Shown in pieces: positions 19,266 to 28,069 of a stretch of DNA of 64,000 nt; position 1 is the first letter of the stretch; each line of letters begins with the position of its first letter. Position numbers and translations under genes: made by a program. This DNA comes from Promethearchaeota archaeon (lineage in GTDB: Archaea > Asgardarchaeota > Lokiarchaeia > Sigyniarchaeales > SOKP01). Under the pieces are notes generated by a model. The model saw only the letters and a list, made by a program, of their open reading frames with translations, was not told the origin of the DNA and did no database searches. The DNA lies in assembly GCA_048940925.1 (NCBI GenBank), contig JBHLOC010000015.1, positions 9,021 through 73,020 on the forward strand, read 5' to 3'.

Positions 19266-19796
19266 TCATTCTTCTTTGGGATTAATAATATATCTATCAA
19301 TAATTTTTGTCATCATATCTATTGTTGGTCTATCTGTCTTATCTTTACCCACATACTTCCATAAAATAATACTTTCTTTATTAATTAGGAATTTACTAGG
19401 CACAGCTTGTTTAATTTTATAATCCTTACCCCCACCAGAGGCAAACCAGTATACATCATATAGTTTAGCAATTTTAGCGCCACGATCGGAAATAATATCG
19501 ACTTTAAAGTTGTTCTCTTCTTTGAATTTTTTTAAGAGTCTAACACTATCACTTGCTATAGATATCAGCTTAATATTTCGCTTTTCAAATTCAGAAATAT
19601 GTTCTGTCAATAATTTTAAATGAGTTTTACAATGACTTCACCAATTTCCTCTAAAAAAGTCGATCAACACACCATTGAATTTTTTGAGAAGGTCATTTAG
19701 ATTTATGAGGTTATCGTATATATCTACAGTATCAATCAAGGGAGCTTTAGTCATTATATTTAATCCTTCTGGTCTTGGAGGTTCTTCGACGGTCAT
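19266..19796 (-). CDS. Peroxiredoxin-like (AhpC/TSA, thioredoxin fold) selenoprotein, Sec at codon 53
   Basis: One continuous frame from the ATG at 19796 reads ...VLIDFFRGNW-TGA(19640-19638)-SHCKTHL... and joins the ORF-track 114-aa ORF. The TGA occupies the first Cys of the FxRGxWCxxC motif. Confidence 0.88.
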
Positions 19797-19912
19797 TTTT
19801 ATCATCCATCTCAATTATAGTCCAAATTTGATTGATATGCTATGCACATACAATATAAAAATTTAAAGTTACTCCCTTAATAATATTAGTTTTCTTATAG
19901 TTCTATGTAATT

Positions 19913-20284
19913 CTAAGCAAACAATTCAAGAAATTGGCTTGTAATTCCAAAAAAATCTAAATCTACAAGTTTTTCAATATCACCCTTTAAGTATAACAGA
20001 GTTTCTCCTGTAGAATTAAGAATTATTCCTTTATCTTTTCTAAATTCAAAAACAACATTATCATCATATGAAGAAAAAATCTTATTTTCTTTGAAATATC
20101 CCTGCGTTTCACCTTCACTCCAAGTTATATCACCATTTTCTTTCAGAATTAGAAGTGTAGTTCCAGATTTATCTTTATACTTGTTTTTCTTCAAGTAACC
20201 TACCATTTTCTTTTTCTTATTTAAATACTTAGTACCATCAACAAAACTTATTAATTTATCCTTATTATTATAAGCTTCAATCAT
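19913..20284 (-). CDS. Hypothetical protein (predicted beta-rich)
   Basis: ORF with GGGTG SD 6 nt before the ATG at 20284. No family recognised. Confidence 0.6.
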   Translation of the reverse strand: MIEAYNNKDKLISFVDGTKYLNKKKKMVGYLKKNKYKDKSGTTLLILKENGDITWSEGETQGYFKENKIFSSYDDNVVFEFRKDKGIILNSTGETLLYLKGDIEKLVDLDFFGITSQFLELFA

Positions 20285-20382
20285 TAAATACACCCAAAAT
20301 ATATGTATTTAGAAAGTAATATAAATTTCAATTTAAATTATAGTTAAGAATAATCAATTGAACTAAAAAATTAAATCTTCTT

Positions 20383-20916
20383 TTATTTAGAGTACTTTTC
20401 AAAAAGAAAATTTGTCATTTCATGAAAAGCTTTCTCCACATTTTCTCCCGTTTTTGAGGATAGTTCAATAAAAGATGCCAGATTGTACTTTTTGGTTGCC
20501 AATATTCCATTTTGTCTTGTTACTGCTCTAAATTCATCTAAATCTGACTTTGAACCAATTAGCATAATTGGGATATCACCTGCATTCTCTCTAACAATTT
20601 GTGTCCAATCAGGAAGGTGATCTAATGAAATTTGATTAGTAATATCATATAGGAAGAAAGCTCCATTTGCTCCTTTACAATACTGTGATAACAAAAAGCG
20701 AAATCGTTCTTCACCGCCAAAATCCCAGATCTGTAATTTAACTTTTTTTCCTACGAAATCTATTGTCTTACTATAGAAATCAACTCCTATAGTTAGCTTA
20801 AGATCTTCCATAAAAAACCCCGAAATATATCTAAGGGTAAGGGACGTTTTCCCGACAGATGCATCCCCTAACATCAATAGTTTGTAAGTATAATCGTACC
20901 TGGTCATTTTTTTCAA
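20383..20916 (-). CDS. Rab-like small GTPase
   Basis: YTYKLLMLGDASVGKTS, TIGVDF, KLQIWDFGGEERF, SKSD and ELSSK. Rab-family motifs IGVDF and KLQIW present. Confidence 0.93.
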   Translation of the reverse strand: MKKMTRYDYTYKLLMLGDASVGKTSLTLRYISGFFMEDLKLTIGVDFYSKTIDFVGKKVKLQIWDFGGEERFRFLLSQYCKGANGAFFLYDITNQISLDHLPDWTQIVRENAGDIPIMLIGSKSDLDEFRAVTRQNGILATKKYNLASFIELSSKTGENVEKAFHEMTNFLFEKYSK

Positions 20917-21059
20917 TGAATAGGCAACTGAATTTTTATTTTTACTAGATTTAATTTAAAATTATAGTAAAATTCACTTTAAAAATATAATATTAATAAA
21001 ACCTTATTATAATTAATTTTTGTTAAATTTAAATTTATTATTTTCAAACAAAGCAGATA

Positions 21060-21701
21060 TCATAGGATTAAAATGAGGATATTAAAACAAGAGTGTGCTA
21101 ATGAACATGGGATTAACGAATAATCAAAATAAATAAAAATTGCAGATAATAGAATACCAAATGAAAAATAGTAACCAAAATAAGTTATGATGGTTGTTAG
21201 GGGTACTAAAAATAGAGGAACATGATATAAAGAAAATAGAATTGCAGAAATAGCGACTGAAGTGTAAATTTTTATTTTTTGATTTAATTTCTTAATTAAA
21301 AAGCCTCTAAAAAAAGCTTCTTCACAGGGACCGATTATAATTAACTCTAGAATTATTAAAATTGTTACTTGAATTATATTGGGGCGTATAGGAACTGTAT
21401 TTATTGCACCTTCTTGCCCCTCTTGTACAAACTGAGTACTAAAGATATTTTCAACAACAATATTTCTAAAAAAAAACATAATATAACCTGAACAAAAAAA
21501 AAATAAAATTGCAAATCCTAAACCAGCAATTACCTTTATTAAAATATCTTTATTCCTTTGAAATCCCATCTCAACAATAACATCTTTAAAACTTTTTTTT
21601 TCAATTTTACTTGATATAAAAGCAGGTATAATAACAAATAGAATCTCAAGACATGTTAAGACGATTAAAATCCATGGGTTTTCTCCTAAATTAATGGCCA
21701 T
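21060..21701 (-). CDS. CPBP (CAAX protease/Rce1-like) intramembrane protease
   Basis: EEAFFRG, FSLYH and AHSCFN motifs in a multi-TM protein. Confidence 0.88.
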   Translation of the reverse strand: MAINLGENPWILIVLTCLEILFVIIPAFISSKIEKKSFKDVIVEMGFQRNKDILIKVIAGLGFAILFFFCSGYIMFFFRNIVVENIFSTQFVQEGQEGAINTVPIRPNIIQVTILIILELIIIGPCEEAFFRGFLIKKLNQKIKIYTSVAISAILFSLYHVPLFLVPLTTIITYFGYYFSFGILLSAIFIYFDYSLIPCSLAHSCFNILILIL

Positions 21702-21793
21702 AATAGTCTGATATTTTCTCTTTTAACTTCAAAAAATCAAAAAATTGAATATCTCATTATTATTATTTTTATCTCTAATTTTTTGTTTTTTTA

Positions 21794-23074
21794 ATGACTA
21801 TACGAAATAATTTTATTAACATTAAAGATAAAGGTTTGAATTTTCTTTCAAAAGAAAAAAAAGTAAATGATAATTTTGGGTTTACGAAAGAACAACTTTT
21901 ACTCAATAATTTAAAAGCTCTAGCAGAGAGATTTAAAGAGCTTGAAAAATTGAAAGATGATTTTTCTAAAACAATTTTAAAAAATTTAATGAATTTGGAT
22001 TTTTCGAGATTAATAGAATATCCAAGGTTTTATATTAAAGAGAAATTTCTAAAAAAAACTATTACTGGTTCTAACATCACAGGATTAAATGTTATTAGTG
22101 TTGATGGAAGTTTTGTCTCGAAAAAGTATATGAATGTAGATTTCTCATTTTTAAAAGCTATTGCTGTTAAGTATATTTTCAAGAAAAATACAATAGCTAA
22201 TATCAAATATTATCCTGACATAAATGGTTTTAATAACTATTATGTTCAAGGAAATTTCTTTAATCGAGATGAAAATGCGGTAGATACTAAGATCTCAATG
22301 GACATGAGACATATGGAAATTAATTTGTTAAATAATCTAATTGAAAGATCTTCTGATATAGATGTAGTTATTATTGATGGATCAATTGTAATTACTCCGA
22401 TTAATTTATTATTTTCAAAAGATCCTGAAATTTCTAAAAGATATGATAATCTATTAAAAGAATATCATACATTATATTCATCATGTAAGGATGAGGGAAT
22501 AATTTTAATTGGTTCTATTAAAGATACGAGAACATCAGCTTTAACAAATCTTTTAACTGAAGCAATTCAATTATTAAAACCTAATCATTCCAATTTAGCA
22601 GATTTCACTAAAATTAATTATCGTGATACAATCGAATTTTTTTCAGATATTGATTTATTTAATCGATTATTAGAAAAAAACGAAAGAAGTTGCATTTTTA
22701 AATGTAAAAATGAAATTGATAAGATCAGAGATACAGGGATTAAAAAAGAAATACCCTATTATTTTCCACTCTCTTTTTATGCATTTTATTTGAAAACCGC
22801 AAGATACGATACTCCATGCAGAATAGAATATTTTATGGATGAAAATCACTCAATTAAAAAAGCATCTGAAAAAGCTGACTTGATTACTTCAATATTACTT
22901 CCAATATCAAGTTTAAATGAGCATTATGGTTTACCAATTCCCCAAATTGAGGCTCATAAGCGCGCTGTATTTAAAACAAATGAGGTAGGGTTTTTGTTTA
23001 ATAATTTGATTAGAACTTTGCACAAGTATGGTATTACATTATTAGAAAAAAGAAGAAATAGACGCCCATTTTAA
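21794..23074 (+). CDS. nurA: NurA-family nuclease
   Basis: SVDGS, IIDGS, GSIKD and YGLPIPQIEAH motifs. Confidence 0.85.
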   Translation: MTIRNNFINIKDKGLNFLSKEKKVNDNFGFTKEQLLLNNLKALAERFKELEKLKDDFSKTILKNLMNLDFSRLIEYPRFYIKEKFLKKTITGSNITGLNVISVDGSFVSKKYMNVDFSFLKAIAVKYIFKKNTIANIKYYPDINGFNNYYVQGNFFNRDENAVDTKISMDMRHMEINLLNNLIERSSDIDVVIIDGSIVITPINLLFSKDPEISKRYDNLLKEYHTLYSSCKDEGIILIGSIKDTRTSALTNLLTEAIQLLKPNHSNLADFTKINYRDTIEFFSDIDLFNRLLEKNERSCIFKCKNEIDKIRDTGIKKEIPYYFPLSFYAFYLKTARYDTPCRIEYFMDENHSIKKASEKADLITSILLPISSLNEHYGLPIPQIEAHKRAVFKTNEVGFLFNNLIRTLHKYGITLLEKRRNRRPF

Positions 23075-23766
23075 TATTTAAGATATTTTAATCTATGTAA
23101 AAAAATATCTTCAAAGAAATAATGTTTTTTTTCTAATATTTCGTTATGATATCCTAGATCTATAATTTTTTTTATTAAGTTATCAATTATAATTCTACTA
23201 GAGCTTAAGCAATATATAAAATGGTCTTTCCCTAAATTTAAAAAATCTTTTGCTTCTTTAAGGAATTGTAACAATATTTCAAACCCGGTTAATCCACCAT
23301 CCCAACTATAATCAATAAGTTGTTTATTTTTGTTTTTTTCAATATATTCTGAGGAGGGTAAATATGGTGGATTAAAAATAATTATATTAAAAGATGATTT
23401 TAGTTCATCAGGAAAAGATTTAAATAAATCTGAATGCAAGAATGTTATTCGATTGTTGATACTATTTAGTATTTCATTTTGTTTAGCACATATTAATGCT
23501 TCCTCTAAAATATCAGAAGCAAATATCCTAGGATTAAAATTTTGATTTTGAGATTTTATCAATTGAAGAAAAATAGCAATAATTCCGGTTCCAGTACCCA
23601 AATCTAAAATATTCTCGATTTCACTTAATTTGATTCCATCAAAATAATTCTCATTAATATTCTTTTTAAAATAATCAATTATTAGAAAGGAATCTTGTGA
23701 AGGATAATATATCTTATCATGATTACATTCGATTAAAGGGTCCACTGTAAAATTAATAGAGATCAC
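23071..23766 (-). CDS. HemK/Mtq2-like N5-glutamine methyltransferase
   Basis: YYPSQDSFL, LDLGTGTG, FNPPY and WDGG. Last gene of the conserved ksgA operon. Confidence 0.88.
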   Translation of the reverse strand: MISINFTVDPLIECNHDKIYYPSQDSFLIIDYFKKNINENYFDGIKLSEIENILDLGTGTGIIAIFLQLIKSQNQNFNPRIFASDILEEALICAKQNEILNSINNRITFLHSDLFKSFPDELKSSFNIIIFNPPYLPSSEYIEKNKNKQLIDYSWDGGLTGFEILLQFLKEAKDFLNLGKDHFIYCLSSSRIIIDNLIKKIIDLGYHNEILEKKHYFFEDIFLHRLKYLKY

Positions 23767-24620
23767 CTATTTTTAATAATTTTTCCAGTATAAAAAAGAA
23801 TACATATATTGATTAAATCTTCTATTGAATAAGTGAAAATCCTATCATTTCCATAGTTTTTTTCATATAATAAACTTGAAATTCTTTCTTTATTATAATT
23901 ATTATTTTTATTAGCTTTAAAAAACATAGTCAATGCATTCACAAGTTTTTTATTTTTGTAAGGCATAATTCCCGATATAAATTTTAAGAAAAAAGAAGCT
24001 CTTTCTTTCTTTAGTAAAAATGGATTTAAATTTTCCTTTGGAACCAATTTAATAAGATTAAGATCAATTTTCGGAGAAGGGTAAAAGCTATTTTTGGAGA
24101 TATCAATCTTTAATATTGGCGTTAAGAAGGTATTCACACCTACAGTAATTCTAGAAAACATTTTATAATTTCCAGTTAAAAAGATTCGATTTGCGATACT
24201 CTTTTCAATCACTAATATTCCTTGAGGGGGATCTTGTTTGAAAAATACTTTTTCAAAGATAGGACCTGTAATCGTTAATGGAATATTTGATATTACTTTG
24301 TTATGGGGAGGTATATCAATTTTTAAGATATCACTGTTAATAACTTCACAGTTGTTATATACAGAGAATTTTTCCGAGAGATATGCCGAAAGAATGGAGT
24401 TAATTTCAATAGCATACACTTTTTTAGCATTTTTAATCAATGGTTCAGTTAAAGTGCCTAAACCAGGTCCAATTTCTAAAACAATATCATCTTTTGATAC
24501 TTCAGATAAGAACAGTATTTTTTTTAATAAGTTGTCATCAATTAAAAAATTCTGACCCAAATGTTTTTTTGGTCGTAAATTTAATTTGCTAAGAATTAGA
24601 TTTACTTCTTTATAATTCAT
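23763..24620 (-). CDS. ksgA: 16S rRNA m6,2A dimethyltransferase
   Basis: KKHLGQNFL, VLEIGPGLGTLT, ISNIP and FYPSPKID. Confidence 0.93.
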   Translation of the reverse strand: MNYKEVNLILSKLNLRPKKHLGQNFLIDDNLLKKILFLSEVSKDDIVLEIGPGLGTLTEPLIKNAKKVYAIEINSILSAYLSEKFSVYNNCEVINSDILKIDIPPHNKVISNIPLTITGPIFEKVFFKQDPPQGILVIEKSIANRIFLTGNYKMFSRITVGVNTFLTPILKIDISKNSFYPSPKIDLNLIKLVPKENLNPFLLKKERASFFLKFISGIMPYKNKKLVNALTMFFKANKNNNYNKERISSLLYEKNYGNDRIFTYSIEDLINICILFYTGKIIKNR

Positions 24621-24625
24621 TTTTA

Positions 24626-25267
24626 TTATTCATATTTCTGAGTTTTACTGAAAAGGTAATATTTTACATCTCTTGAAAGCTCTTTGATAATTCTTTGAGC
24701 GATAAGTTTAGCAGGGTGAGAAATACTTGTTCTATCAGCTATATCTTGAAAGGTACCAAATTTTTGCCTCTCTCTCGCCTCAAGTAGTTCCCACATATGC
24801 TTTTGCCCTATACCAGGCAATAATTTTAAAGCGTGCATTCGAGGTGTAATAGAGGTGGAATTATTAAAAAAATTAATGAACTCTTCTTCATATTTTATAA
24901 CTTCTTTTTCTAAAACTGGTTGAATCAATGCCTTTGAAGTAGTAGTTAAATCATCGTAATTAATTTTTTTTAGAACATCTCGCAATTTATCTTCATTTAA
25001 AAATTCTTCATAAGTTTTTTGCTCTTGTACTTGAATATCAGAATTTTTATTTACCTTAACTTCGTATAGAACAAAATCCGGAAAAGTAAGAACTTGAGCT
25101 ATTGGAGTTTTTGCCCAACTAGGCTTATCCTCTTCGGGATGACCATGAATTAATATATCTAATATCACGATATCTCGAAATTTCTTTATAAATTGTTTTT
25201 TCCTCTTTGGACCTCCTCGATAAGGTTTTTTTCGGGGAGGACCTCTGTATCGCTCTCTTTTTTCCAT
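24626..25267 (-). CDS. DUF655 family putative RNA-binding protein
   Basis: FFNNSTSITPRMHALKLLPGIG helix-hairpin-helix motif. Conserved position between rpoF and ksgA. Confidence 0.88.
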   Translation of the reverse strand: MEKRERYRGPPRKKPYRGGPKRKKQFIKKFRDIVILDILIHGHPEEDKPSWAKTPIAQVLTFPDFVLYEVKVNKNSDIQVQEQKTYEEFLNEDKLRDVLKKINYDDLTTTSKALIQPVLEKEVIKYEEEFINFFNNSTSITPRMHALKLLPGIGQKHMWELLEARERQKFGTFQDIADRTSISHPAKLIAQRIIKELSRDVKYYLFSKTQKYE

Positions 25268-25412
25268 CTTTACTGTTAATCTTCCTTTCTACTTTTCCAA
25301 TAACCATTTCAAAATTTTAATTTTTAGAAATTACTCTATGAGTAAGGATAACTCATTGAATTTAAAACAATTTAGACTTATTAATTTTACTATAAAGAAA
25401 TTATAATGATTG

Positions 25413-25778
25413 TTAAGATGTTTTTATATCTTCTATATTCTCTAATATCACTTCTAATTGTTCATCATCTAAGGTTTTACCCACAAAAGATTTCTCCAAT
25501 ATCATCCGAATTTCAGGCACAGATTGTGGATCTATGTTTACAATGTTAATTGCATAGATCTCCTCAATTTCATATGTATCCATCAAAAATTTTATGATTT
25601 TTTTTGCTGTTCGAGCATCAATCTTTGCAAACTTGTTTACATAATTATATGTAATTTCTTGAAAGTGCGACATTCCCTCCTCAGAATCAATTTCTAACAT
25701 TTTTTCTTTAACATATTCCATAATCTCCTTTACTTCTGGAATTGAAACTGTTCTTTCATCTTTTTTTCTTCCTGACAT
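25413..25778 (-). CDS. rpoF: RNA polymerase subunit Rpo4 (RpoF)
   Basis: VSIPEVKEI, Y...FAK and IVNIDPQSVPEIRMIL. Operon context fits. Confidence 0.9.
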   Translation of the reverse strand: MSGRKKDERTVSIPEVKEIMEYVKEKMLEIDSEEGMSHFQEITYNYVNKFAKIDARTAKKIIKFLMDTYEIEEIYAINIVNIDPQSVPEIRMILEKSFVGKTLDDEQLEVILENIEDIKTS

Positions 25779-25799
25779 AATTATGATACCTTTTGAAGT

Positions 25800-26111
25800 T
25801 TATTCTTTAATTACAGAAATAGGATTTAATCTTAAATGCTCTTTCCCAATTATTAAAGTTTTTTTTGATTTCCCCAATTTAAGCTCTACTAAATAACAGC
25901 GACCTCTTTGGCCTATGATTGTTCCTGTGCGACCATGGTACCGGGAATGAGGCATTCCACGCTTATGCACAGAAGGATCAGTAATGATATCTACTTTATC
26001 ATTGATTTTGTATTCTATAAGATATTTTTCAACTGAACCTAGCCCCCTATTGCGAATATTTTTCCTGTGTTTATGTCTAGTCTTTGTTCTATATCCTTTA
26101 TGGACAGTAAT
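25800..26111 (-). CDS. rpl21e: 50S ribosomal protein L21e (missed by ORF track; ATT start)
   Basis: Manual translation gives TVHKGYRTKTRHKHRKNIRNRG...DPSVHKRGMPHSRYHGRTGTI...KEHLR. No in-frame ATG/GTG/TTG precedes the conserved N-terminus. ATT lies 7 nt after GGTG. Confidence 0.95.
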   Translation of the reverse strand: MTVHKGYRTKTRHKHRKNIRNRGLGSVEKYLIEYKINDKVDIITDPSVHKRGMPHSRYHGRTGTIIGQRGRCYLVELKLGKSKKTLIIGKEHLRLNPISVIKE

Positions 26112-26202
26112 AATAATACACCAAATATTTAGTTTAGTAGAAGTATGAACAATAATTTATTTATTTTTTGATTTTATATCTATATAAACATAAAGAAAGA
26201 AC

Positions 26203-27567
26203 TTAAAGAATAATTTTTAATACATCTAATTCTTTACATAGTAAATCTGATTTAAAGATTTCAGAAAATGATGGAGATGTGCGTCCTCCATCACCATTAA
26301 TGAGTTCTTTAATATAAGTACCCCCTTGAGTTTCGATTGTAAATTCAAATAGATTCGACCTAAGATATTTTCCTTCAATTTTAAAGATAAATTTTTCTCT
26401 AATTCTATCACTACGACGATGAGACACACGATAAGGTGTTCTTTGTTTAATTTCTTGGTTTTCAAAAATACGTTTCAGTTCAGTTACTTTTTCTCCAAAA
26501 ATCTCCTTAGGTAACCTATTTTCAGTTTTTACTAATGCCCTATAAACTTTTCTCATATTTTTTGATTCTGTTTTAAGTAAGATTACTTCCTTTTTATCAG
26601 TATATCTTAAATCATGAACTCTTATTTTTCTTTTATCTTTCTTATTAGTCTTTTTTTCAATTTTATCTAAATCAAGATTTCTAACTTTAGGATTTTTTAA
26701 TTCTAAAATAAAGGGTCTACCTGTACCCAACATTCTAACATCTATATCTTCTCTTCCGGCACCATGAAATTTAGAACCTGTTGCTTTTGAATCTTTAAGA
26801 AATTCAGGGTTTAATAATTCCTCTACACTCGTTAAGTATTGTTTCCCTGTATAATTACATAGCTTACATCCATTTCCCATACAATTTTTGCAAAACCAAT
26901 GGGTTTGGGGTATTCCTCGAATAAATTTATTATATTTTCCAAATATGAAAAGGGATTTTAATGTTAATTCTATTTCAAATGAATCAAAACTCAAAGAAAA
27001 GATAACTAAAATATCTGGATTCTTAAATTCAGGAGGCTTTTCAAGTGAAATCATCAATTTCTTTCCTAGAACACGGTTAAAATGACTCTTAAAAGATTCA
27101 GCTGCTAAGATATTGAATTCTGTTTTAAAGTTATCTTCTTGATTTATTATTTGAGCTATAGGCCTTGTACCAACCAAAAAGTTATTAAAATCAAAATCTT
27201 TAAGCTTGAGTTTTGCTCTTTCAACATATTTATCGATATGGGAGAAAATATCATGACATAAATAACAAATATGATTTAAACCATTCTTTTCATATTCAAA
27301 TCCTTCGTTTTGTAAAACTTTTTGAGCAGGTAAAAAATTAGCATTTTCTGCTAATAATTTTAAACATTCTAATGCTTTTTTTTGCTCTTTTTTGTCATTA
27401 GATAAGAAATTTCTATGGTTTTCCATGGTTAGTGAGAGTAATAGTGAGTTCCCTCTTTCATAATTCGTAGTATGGGACCCTAAAAGGGAAAACATTCTAC
27501 CTAAGCATGAAATACATATATAGTATTTTTTGTAGATCTCTAAAACTTTGTTAAAAATCATGTGCAC
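26203..27567 (-). CDS. pus10: tRNA pseudouridine 54/55 synthase Pus10
   Basis: CxxCLGR N-terminal Zn site, IPQTHW, FHGAGREDIDVRMLG and GTYIKE. Confidence 0.95.
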   Translation of the reverse strand: MHMIFNKVLEIYKKYYICISCLGRMFSLLGSHTTNYERGNSLLLSLTMENHRNFLSNDKKEQKKALECLKLLAENANFLPAQKVLQNEGFEYEKNGLNHICYLCHDIFSHIDKYVERAKLKLKDFDFNNFLVGTRPIAQIINQEDNFKTEFNILAAESFKSHFNRVLGKKLMISLEKPPEFKNPDILVIFSLSFDSFEIELTLKSLFIFGKYNKFIRGIPQTHWFCKNCMGNGCKLCNYTGKQYLTSVEELLNPEFLKDSKATGSKFHGAGREDIDVRMLGTGRPFILELKNPKVRNLDLDKIEKKTNKKDKRKIRVHDLRYTDKKEVILLKTESKNMRKVYRALVKTENRLPKEIFGEKVTELKRIFENQEIKQRTPYRVSHRRSDRIREKFIFKIEGKYLRSNLFEFTIETQGGTYIKELINGDGGRTSPSFSEIFKSDLLCKELDVLKIIL

Positions 27568-27751
27568 ATAAAATGAGTTAATTATTCTTTATTGATTTTA
27601 TCTAATTTAAGAGAAAAGGTGTTTTAAAAAAATTTTAAAATAAAAATTTATTTTTCTAAATAATTTTAATTTATAATACCTATAGAAAATAAATTATTAG
27701 TATCTACGATTGATATTTACTAATTAAATAATCAATTTTAGGGAATATTAA

Positions 27752-27985
27752 ATGTCTAAAAGGATGAGAGGCTTTGTTAAGTGGTTTGCCGCAAAAAAAG
27801 GTTATGGGTTCATAACTGTAGAGGGAAAAGAAGACATTTTCGTACACTTTTCTAATATCGATATGGACGGTTTTAAAAAACTTGATATAGGAGATGAAGT
27901 CGAATTTGAAATCAACGATTCTAAAGAAGGAAAAGGACCTGAGGCATTAAAAGTTAAAATAGTATCAAAAGACAGAAGATATTAA
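27752..27985 (+). CDS. cspA: Cold-shock domain protein
   Basis: GFVKWF, KGYGFI (RNP1) and DIFVHFS (RNP2). Confidence 0.93.
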   Translation: MSKRMRGFVKWFAAKKGYGFITVEGKEDIFVHFSNIDMDGFKKLDIGDEVEFEINDSKEGKGPEALKVKIVSKDRRY

Positions 27986-28069
27986 TATTTCACTTGTTAA
28001 TTATCAGTCTCTCAGTTTTTAATCTTTTATTTTATTCGATTTAAATTATAAAAAAAAAATTTATTTAAT

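Noticed and set aside
23755-23766. Possible ATT start for the hemK-like gene after GGTG
   Set aside because: An in-frame GTG overlapping the ksgA stop (GTGA) explains the start adequately, so it is not counted as a non-canonical start.
27752-27985. Bacterial-type cold-shock protein as evidence of contamination or recent transfer
   Set aside because: Csp genes occur in several archaeal groups, and the composition and flanks match the surrounding archaeal sequence.
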